From Candidatus Hodarchaeota archaeon (GTDB taxonomy: Archaea > Asgardarchaeota > Heimdallarchaeia > Hodarchaeales > Hodarchaeaceae), in the NCBI GenBank assembly GCA_016839785.1, contig JAEOTQ010000103.1, positions 1 through 10,220 on the forward strand: DNA of 10,220 bases, read 5' to 3'. The translations under genes and the position numbers were made by a program. Below the pieces are notes generated by a model. It saw only the letters and a program-made list of their open reading frames with translations. It searched no databases and had not been told where the DNA came from. This document shows, piece after piece, positions 1-6,103 of this stretch; position 1 is the first letter of the stretch, and each line of letters begins with the position of its first letter.

Positions 1-885
1 ACTTCTGGAGTTGAAGCTTTTTTAACTGGTGATAATCCATATCAAGAAGATGTGGTGATCCATCATTTACCAACAGGCATTACCTACGGTCGATATCATT
101 ATTTCCCGCCCGATTTGATTGTCTATAGCGGTTTTTACTTAATATCTGCGGGACTGTTCGCATTTTTAGGAACGTACTGGTTTGTCCCTCTTCATCTCCT
201 GTTTTTACTTCCTGGATACTGGTTCTTGATAAAAATCGTCGATTGGCCTAATTCTAAACTTATCCCCTTCTATCTTTTGCTTGTAACTCCATTCCTTTTT
301 ACGAATTCAATGCTTATGTGGTTCTTCTTCATTATTGGTTATTATTTTTATGAAATAAAAGGCAGACATAATCTTGGAATGGTTTTTTATGTGTTTGCAG
401 CATCAGTGAAATATTTGGTAGGATTCATAATAATCTTTTATCTTTATCAAGCAATCCAAGCAATATTATCGGAAAAAAATAAAAATGACCGACGCTCATT
501 AATTATTCAGGAGTTAAATCCATTCATCATAGGTAGTCTTGCATTGGTAATAGTTTCGATTCCATTCAATATTTTCGATGTTATAATTTCTGTATTTCTC
601 TATCAAGGAGATATAGCTGCAAGGGGTGAAGTAGCTCAATTGGTGGGCCCTCTTCTCATTGAAATATTACAATTTCTTGCCCTTGAGAGTCTCTACGTAC
701 CAATTATTATTGCCATTTTAGCTCTTTCTATAATCATTCTCAGAAGTCATACCACTTACGAGAAAATCATTCATATTTCATTTTTGGCAATGTTTATACT
801 CCCCTTTTATGGGACCGAGTTATTCATTACTCTACCGTTCTTTTGGTGGTTTAAAGAAGGGTTACACTCATATTCCCATGATTAA
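1..885 (+). CDS. Multi-pass membrane glycosyltransferase, GT-C fold (GT87/DUF2029-like); 5' end lies outside the window
   Basis: Frame 1 is open from base 1 (TSGVEAFLTGDNPYQEDVV...), so the GTG at 52 is not the true start. It has the GxNPY...YHYFP loop motif, an 'AASVKY' motif and many hydrophobic helices, as in GT-C polyprenol-phosphate-sugar transferases. Confidence 0.65.
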   Translation, partial: TSGVEAFLTGDNPYQEDVVIHHLPTGITYGRYHYFPPDLIVYSGFYLISAGLFAFLGTYWFVPLHLLFLLPGYWFLIKIVDWPNSKLIPFYLLLVTPFLFTNSMLMWFFFIIGYYFYEIKGRHNLGMVFYVFAASVKYLVGFIIIFYLYQAIQAILSEKNKNDRRSLIIQELNPFIIGSLALVIVSIPFNIFDVIISVFLYQGDIAARGEVAQLVGPLLIEILQFLALESLYVPIIIAILALSIIILRSHTTYEKIIHISFLAMFILPFYGTELFITLPFFWWFKEGLHSYSHD

Positions 886-941
886 GAGAGAAAAGTAAAA
901 CCCCTGATCCTCACTCTTAAGTGTAAACTAAACTTAACATC

Positions 942-1184
942 TTACCGTAGTTTGTCTGCTATCGTTGTAATCAATGAAATACTACGAACAGAAAACCGTT
1001 CATCCACATATAAAATTCGAACATGTTTTATTTCTGGATGATCAAGCCCATGTACGTCTACAACTTGGCATACACCAGAAATTGAAGATTTATAGTCATT
1101 TTTATTCATTTTCAATGGAATGGCCGTTTTACAAATTGTGCACGGTTCACAATTTAAGTCAACTATATCGCCTTTGGGAGTCAT
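942..1184 (-). CDS. Small putative Zn-binding protein (CxxC...H...H, LYVD-x3-VR motif)
   Basis: 80 aa with CTIC, VDVHG, KH-VRILYVDERFSVR. This pattern resembles a small domain I recall as recurrent in Asgard hypothetical proteins. Convergent with the upstream gene. Confidence 0.7.
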   Translation of the reverse strand: MTPKGDIVDLNCEPCTICKTAIPLKMNKNDYKSSISGVCQVVDVHGLDHPEIKHVRILYVDERFSVRSISLITTIADKLR

Positions 1185-1559
1185 TGTCAGTATCGCCTTG
1201 AAGCTCTTGTGAAAGAAATAACCTCAAACCCCTCTCTTAAACCTTTGTAAATTTAATTTATCATTCTTTGAGTATACGCTCACAGCGGAAGAAATATACA
1301 AATATAATCAAAGCATAACGTCCATTCTATGGAATTTATCGATCGACTATGATTCGTACAGTTTTACGCGATCAAAAATAAGAAACAGGTTCATTCTGTA
1401 TTCTACCACTAGAAAAAATAAATATAATCGTTTTTTTCTCCACTTTATCAATTCTTAAACTTAAAAATCAAAAAACGTTACTTTTAAGTAGATTTCACAA
1501 CTCTAATTTCCCTCTACAAATATTAAATGGAACTTTAAAGAAAGAGGTCGCTTTACTTT

Positions 1560-1573
1560 AGAAAGTTTTAAAT
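1560..1573 (+). promoter_or_regulatory. Candidate BRE/TATA promoter for the 1623 gene
   Basis: AGAAAG followed by TTTTAAAT about 50 bp upstream of the ATG. GAGGG SD-like sequence at 1609-1613. Confidence 0.35.
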
Positions 1574-1622
1574 GGGGGGAGAGATTTAATTTTCATAGTT
1601 AAGTGATTGAGGGCTTTAATGC

Positions 1623-1934
1623 ATGGGTCCAGAAGAGCACGTTGTCGATACACCCTGGGGAAAACTTGTAACTGCGAAAGGGCTAAAGATTTTGATGGCT
1701 AGCTTCTCAAATGACATCAATCGATTGTACAGTGCCGTTACGAAATTAGATGAAAGAATAAATAAACTCGAATTATCTATTTCCTCATCTCAAGAGGGAA
1801 ATATGGATCCATTGATAGGTTCGAGCTTATCGTCTTTAGAAGAAAAAATTAAGGAACTCAAAGCTGACCAAAGTCGATTTGCCCTTCATATGAAACAAAC
1901 TTTGGAATTATTTTATTCAAAACTTGAGGAGTAA
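1623..1934 (+). CDS. Small coiled-coil hypothetical protein
   Basis: 103 aa, ATG start with a GAGGG SD-like sequence upstream. Two heptad-rich segments (INRLYSAVTKLDERINKLE; LSSLEEKIKELKADQSRF). Stop is 11 bp from the convergent hef stop. Confidence 0.75.
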   Translation: MGPEEHVVDTPWGKLVTAKGLKILMASFSNDINRLYSAVTKLDERINKLELSISSSQEGNMDPLIGSSLSSLEEKIKELKADQSRFALHMKQTLELFYSKLEE

Positions 1935-1945
1935 TTGTACGTCCA

Positions 1946-3511
1946 CTAAAAACCGTTCTTCGTATTTCCCGTGAAGAAACCATCCAGAGTAGTATGCTGC
2001 TGCTTCTTGTGATTTTTATTTAGTAAATCTGGTAATTCTTCTTTGAGAAAATGCTTCATTCGTTTATCTTTTTGCTTAATTGCCCAGTACATCCCTTCAT
2101 CTCTCGTGCCTTTTGTTACAAGATGAATAACGCGTGATTTTCGTTTTCTACCTCTTCCCCGACGTTGGATGGCCCTAACAACTGAAGGAACAGAGTCATA
2201 AAAAACAACTAAATCGCAGTTACCGACATCTAATCCTTCTTCTCCCACAGAAGTACTGATTAAAACCTTAAAATCTCCATTTTTAAACTGATCAATTACC
2301 TTCAGTTGGTCTTTTTGAGACAATCCTTTATCCGTCTTTGAACTTGAATGTCCTATAAACACCCCAGAGTTAATTTGAGAATTTTTCAGCTCTTCCTGAA
2401 GAAAATGCACAGTATCGCGAAAATTACTAAATACAATTATTCGGGATTCGTTTCTTAAATCATCTTTTAGCTCTTCTTTCAAATTTACAATTAGAAACTC
2501 AAGTTTGGGGTGAATAGGGGGTTTTCTACCAAGGGAAGTCTCAAGCATGTGGATTACTGGATCTTCGAGGAAAAGCCGTAATGCTTTGGAAGTTTTCTTT
2601 TGACGCCATTTCCCGATTGTTTTCATAACTTGAGGAAGCCCCTGACTTTCTACCAACTCTTTCATATGTTGTACTCTAATGAGGTTTGAGCTGGATATTA
2701 ATAGGTCACCATAAGATGAATCTTGCTTGGTTTGAATCACAACTTGTTGATGGATTGCCAGTGCTTCACGTTTTCCGAGATACTTTGATTTTTTTATTCC
2801 CGAAAGACGTTCTTTTAATAACGTAAGTAGTTCATCTTGAAGCTCCTGCAATTTCATCAATATCGATCTATACTTCTCTGGAAGATCTATCCACAGGACT
2901 TCAGGGGTATGGATTGAGATGAAGTCTTGGACATCGAAATCAGCTGGATTTGTATTTGAAATTTTACTTATCCTTAAATTTTCACAAACTTCAAGTATTT
3001 TTTCTGGATTGTTACCAGGAGTTGCTGTAAATCCTATTATTTGACATTTTGCTTCTCTGGCGATGCCAACATACGCATAATCTCCTGTTGCCCTGTGAGC
3101 TTCGTCTATACAGAGTAACTGCACATTCTTGATATTTATCCTTCCATAAAGGAGATCATTTTCGATGGTTTGCGGTGTTCCTATAATAATTTTTGCATTA
3201 GGATATTTAAGTGTTCTTTTGTCTGGTGATATTTCACCAGAAATCTCTAAAATTGAATCAGGTTGTAAATTTCCAATAGAATCCGAAAACATTTGTTTTA
3301 TTTGATGAACAAGTGGACGAGTTGGAGTAACAATTAGTACTTGTCTATCAGATGTCTTATTGAGGCTATAAGCACTAAGATACGCCATAATGATTGTTTT
3401 TCCAAGTCCTGTTGGGAGAACAACCAACGTATTCTTTGGATTAGTTACACACTCAGAAAATATGACCTGTTGATAAATTCTAGGTTCTGTATTGGGTAGA
3501 ACTAATTTCAT
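1946..3511 (-). CDS. hef: Hef/FANCM/Mph1-family SF2 helicase (helicase domain only, no ERCC4 nuclease domain)
   Basis: EPRIYQ Q-motif, LPTGLGKT Walker A, PTRPLVHQ (Ia), TPQ (Ib), DEAHRATGDYAY (II), TATPG (III), IIVFSNFRDT (IV), KGLSQKDQ, STSVGEEGLDV (V), IQRRGR (VI). Confidence 0.93.
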   Translation of the reverse strand: MKLVLPNTEPRIYQQVIFSECVTNPKNTLVVLPTGLGKTIIMAYLSAYSLNKTSDRQVLIVTPTRPLVHQIKQMFSDSIGNLQPDSILEISGEISPDKRTLKYPNAKIIIGTPQTIENDLLYGRINIKNVQLLCIDEAHRATGDYAYVGIAREAKCQIIGFTATPGNNPEKILEVCENLRISKISNTNPADFDVQDFISIHTPEVLWIDLPEKYRSILMKLQELQDELLTLLKERLSGIKKSKYLGKREALAIHQQVVIQTKQDSSYGDLLISSSNLIRVQHMKELVESQGLPQVMKTIGKWRQKKTSKALRLFLEDPVIHMLETSLGRKPPIHPKLEFLIVNLKEELKDDLRNESRIIVFSNFRDTVHFLQEELKNSQINSGVFIGHSSSKTDKGLSQKDQLKVIDQFKNGDFKVLISTSVGEEGLDVGNCDLVVFYDSVPSVVRAIQRRGRGRKRKSRVIHLVTKGTRDEGMYWAIKQKDKRMKHFLKEELPDLLNKNHKKQQHTTLDGFFTGNTKNGF

Positions 3512-3683
3512 GAGTTAAGCTCAACACTTTGTTTACATTTACTGTGCCTATCAAGATTTCTCCATAAGAATTATGTTCGTTACAGTTTCAGAGATATCTC
3601 GGGAATATTCCCCTAACTTTCGAATGCACTCGATAATATTATCCAATGGAAAAGCTAACACAGATTCCTGTTTAAAGGTGTAA

Positions 3684-3827
3684 TCCATAATTCATGAATA
3701 GATCGTGACAACCCAGTTAGCGATAGGATGTGTAGGTTTTGCTTATCTTAATGATAAGGCGCGTCCTCTAAGAATCAATGGAGTATATCCATCCGAGGTA
3801 ACAGTGTTAAACGGATCATATCCAATT
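3684..3827 (+). pseudogene. Remnant of a PstS-family phosphate-binding protein (C-terminal portion)
   Basis: Translation S-I-I-H-E-*-I-V-T-T-Q-L-AIGCVGFAYLNDKARPLRINGVYPSEVTVLNGSYPI matches the PstS-family pattern AIGYVG..Y....VK.L.I.GV.P....V..G.YPI. There is an in-frame TAG at 3699-3701, and similarity ends abruptly at YPI (the usual SRPL is missing). Confidence 0.7.
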
Positions 3828-3851
3828 GGATTTAGTGGGAGTGCTTATTCC

Positions 3852-4277
3852 ATGCCTTCTCAAAGAAAAGTCGTTCTATTTGTATGTACACATAATTCTG
3901 CACGATCTCAGCTAGCTGAAGCAATTCTTCGACAAAAATTTGGAAAATACTACCAACCATTTAGCGCAGGAACTGAAACAACTGCGATAAATCCTTTTGT
4001 GGATCACGTTTTAACAGAAATGGGAATAAAAACCACGGATCTTAAATCAAAGAATGTAAATGAATTTCTAGGTCATCTAATAGACTTAGTTGTGACAGTT
4101 TGTGATTCTGCAGAAGAAACTTGTCCTTTTTTCCCCGGGGCTAAACAGTACAAACATAAATATTTCAAGGATCCAAATGATTTCATTGGATCTGATGATA
4201 AAGTATTTGAAGCTGTTAGGCATCTTAGAGATGAGATTTCTGACTGGATCGAGGAAGATTTTGCTCCTTTGTCATGA
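3852..4277 (+). CDS. arsC: Arsenate reductase, thioredoxin-dependent LMW-PTP family
   Basis: VLFVCTHNSARSQLAEA P-loop, SAGT, VTVCDSAEETCPFFPG redox Cys pair, and DP motif. The true start is probably ATG 3852 (GGGAGTG SD at 3837-3843), not GTG 3705. Confidence 0.92.
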   Translation: MPSQRKVVLFVCTHNSARSQLAEAILRQKFGKYYQPFSAGTETTAINPFVDHVLTEMGIKTTDLKSKNVNEFLGHLIDLVVTVCDSAEETCPFFPGAKQYKHKYFKDPNDFIGSDDKVFEAVRHLRDEISDWIEEDFAPLS

Positions 4278-4411
4278 ATATCCTGAAAAGAACTGGGTTT
4301 TCCTTTCTATCGAATCCAATGGTATACTTTTTTAAATAGAAGATTACTTCAGGTATCTTAAATTACATGAGAAGTGAAAATATCGATCTCCTATACTAGA
4401 GTTGAATACTA

Positions 4412-5242
4412 ATGTCTGAACAAGATACTGTACAGGAAGTTGCAGAAGCACTCCCAGAAAAAGAAAGAAAAATAATTGTGGATCTTTGGAAAACAAAGAT
4501 GCATGGGGAAATAATTGGAATTAAACAAAAGGAAGATCATATGGCGAAATCTCGACAATTTAATCGAGACTTAGAATTATTTGGAGAGGTTAGAGAAGAA
4601 AAAAACGGTGAAGAGGAAACTATTGGATATCTAGGTTATCGAAAAGGTCTTTGGGATGATGAGGAGGAAAAACTTAACCGAAGATTGGTCATAAAATTGT
4701 TTTCCAAAAGTATGTACTATCAGGGAACCATCGAAGAAATGATTGCTCGTGAATTTACACGTTCCTTAACCTCTCGAAGAGATTTTCCGAATTTTTATAC
4801 GTTAATTGATGGACATGATTACATCCTTTCAGTAAGTAAAATACGGGGCGGTCTCTTTGTACCTGAATGGTTTTCTTTCCGAGTCCACTTTGACAAAGAT
4901 AAAAAATTCTATCCCGTAATTCTCAAACATAAAATGGGCCCAGGAATTGATTATCGAATAGTTCATGGAATTGGTGATAAAGAAATTGGTTTGATTAATG
5001 GTAAGAAATTTGATGTTGGTGGTCGTTACGATATTGATATTAAATCTTCTGATCCGAACTTGCTCTCCAATGTAGTTGTAAGAACTTTGATTCTCTTTGC
5101 TGCAACTCTTAAATTTCATAAATCTATCCATAGAAAGATCAAAAAAGGGACAAAATTAATGAAAAAAGGGATGTGGACTCCCAATTTGATAAACGAGGAA
5201 CTTCTTCTTCATCGAAATCCTAGAGCAATCCTACGAAAATAG
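4412..5242 (+). CDS. Hypothetical protein, possible Tubby C-terminal/LURP-one/scramblase-like beta-barrel
   Basis: 276-aa ORF, rich in beta-strands, ending with 'IGLINGKKFDVGGRYDIDI...VVVRTLILFAATL' (strands followed by a buried hydrophobic helix). The coding call is strong; the fold call is tentative. Confidence 0.6.
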   Translation: MSEQDTVQEVAEALPEKERKIIVDLWKTKMHGEIIGIKQKEDHMAKSRQFNRDLELFGEVREEKNGEEETIGYLGYRKGLWDDEEEKLNRRLVIKLFSKSMYYQGTIEEMIAREFTRSLTSRRDFPNFYTLIDGHDYILSVSKIRGGLFVPEWFSFRVHFDKDKKFYPVILKHKMGPGIDYRIVHGIGDKEIGLINGKKFDVGGRYDIDIKSSDPNLLSNVVVRTLILFAATLKFHKSIHRKIKKGTKLMKKGMWTPNLINEELLLHRNPRAILRK

Positions 5243-5263
5243 CTCTTCTCCTTCTTTATTCTC
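5243..5263 (+). terminator. Pyrimidine-rich tract after the stop codon, candidate archaeal terminator
   Basis: CTCTTCTCCTTCTTTATTCTC directly follows the TAG, with further T-runs downstream. Confidence 0.3.
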
Positions 5264-5723
5264 AACAATAATATTTTCTGGATTTTGATTTATGATTTAA
5301 TTTTCCTCAAAAGGAAAATTTTCTTCTAAAATGTCATCTAATGACCAAAAACGGAGAATTGATCCTATTCGATTAGTTATGTATTTTTTCCCATAATAGA
5401 CTGCCGTCTTAACTAAGTCAGGCATTATTTCAACATTGGTTTCCATAAATGTTTCCCCTTGTGCACTTAATAGCAATTATTCTTATTAAAGAAATCTATC
5501 ACGGCACTTTCAAATTTGAACCATGAAAAACATTGGAACACAGAACAAAAAATTGTATTAATTCACATCTTAGCTTCTGAAAACAGTAATTATTTCATTA
5601 AAAAACCGTAAAAACCTGATTAAACTTTATAATTAGGTATTAAACTTTGATAGAGCGATTTTTCTTAAAAAATAGGCTCTTGGGATCGAATCGAGAAGTT
5701 AAATTTTGAAAAAGAAAAACCCA

Positions 5724-5941
5724 GAATTAGTTCGAAATTGAATAGAGGACTTTATTAGGATCTTAAAAAGATAACATGGCTTTAAATAATTTTTTACCAA
5801 ATAAATACCTAATAATACATTAAAATTTGGAATTTCTGACAAACTTTTAGAGTTTAATTGGAAAATTTACGTTTTAAAAAATAAATAATATCGCGATTAT
5901 ATTGACAAAACTTTAAATCGAATAGCTCGAATTAGTTCGAA
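5724..5941. repeat. 13-bp direct repeat GAATTAGTTCGAA flanking an AT-rich core
   Basis: Exact copies at 5724-5736 and 5929-5941, with a degenerate copy TCGATTAGTT at 5369-5378. The 5761-5880 segment has 23 G+C in 120 bases by hand count (~19%). Confidence 0.75.
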
Positions 5942-5944
5942 TTG
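5904..5944 (+). promoter_or_regulatory. Candidate BRE/TATA (GACAAAAC-TTTAAA) immediately followed by three TCGAA units, including the dyad TCGAA-TTAG-TTCGA
   Basis: TTTAAA at 5912-5917. TCGAA at 5918, 5927 and 5937 (9-10 bp phasing). The dyad at 5927-5940 covers the expected transcription start region. Confidence 0.5.
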
Positions 5945-6103
5945 TGTATATTCCGTCTCAGTTTCCCATAATGTAATTAGATGATGCATAAAAATCTATG
6001 TTAGAGGGATATATTGTAAGAGTAGGAAGTAAATGTTTGGAATTTTCAATCGAAAGAAATGAATATTTATCTATTGTTTCATGAAACCTAGAGGCATTCT
6101 AAT

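Noticed and set aside
625-648. tRNA-like 5' half (GGTGAAG-TA-GCTC-AATTGGT-GGGC, resembling an acceptor strand plus D-arm)
   Set aside because: No anticodon stem, T-arm (GGTTCRA) or complementary acceptor strand follows. It lies in frame within the glycosyltransferase (GEVAQLVG).
974-1201. 75-aa plus-strand ORF
   Set aside because: Antisense shadow of the 942-1184 gene, which has the recognisable metal-binding pattern.
3705-3851. N-terminal extension of ArsC from GTG 3705
   Set aside because: Better explained as a pstS remnant. ArsC has its own SD and ATG at 3852, giving a typical 141-aa length.
4102-4335. 77-aa ORF overlapping arsC
   Set aside because: Alternative frame inside a well-supported gene, with no motifs.
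4829-5131. 100-aa minus-strand ORF
   Set aside because: Fully antisense to the 4412-5242 gene, with no motifs.
5331-5396. 21-codon mini-ORF MSSNDQKRRIDPIRLVMYFFP in the long intergenic region
   Set aside because: Too short, with no SD or recognisable motif. Expected by chance.
5439-5460. GTTTCCATAAATGTTTCCCC (two GGAAAC on the minus strand) as an ORB-like box
   Set aside because: Lacks the TCCA-x-TGGA dyad and a correctly placed G-string of canonical ORB elements.
5724-5944. Repeats as a CRISPR remnant or a LexA (Cheo) box
   Set aside because: Repeat length and spacing do not fit CRISPR and no cas genes are present. The spacer of CGAAT-TA-GTTCG is 2 bp shorter than CGAAC-N4-GTTCG, and the context is archaeal.
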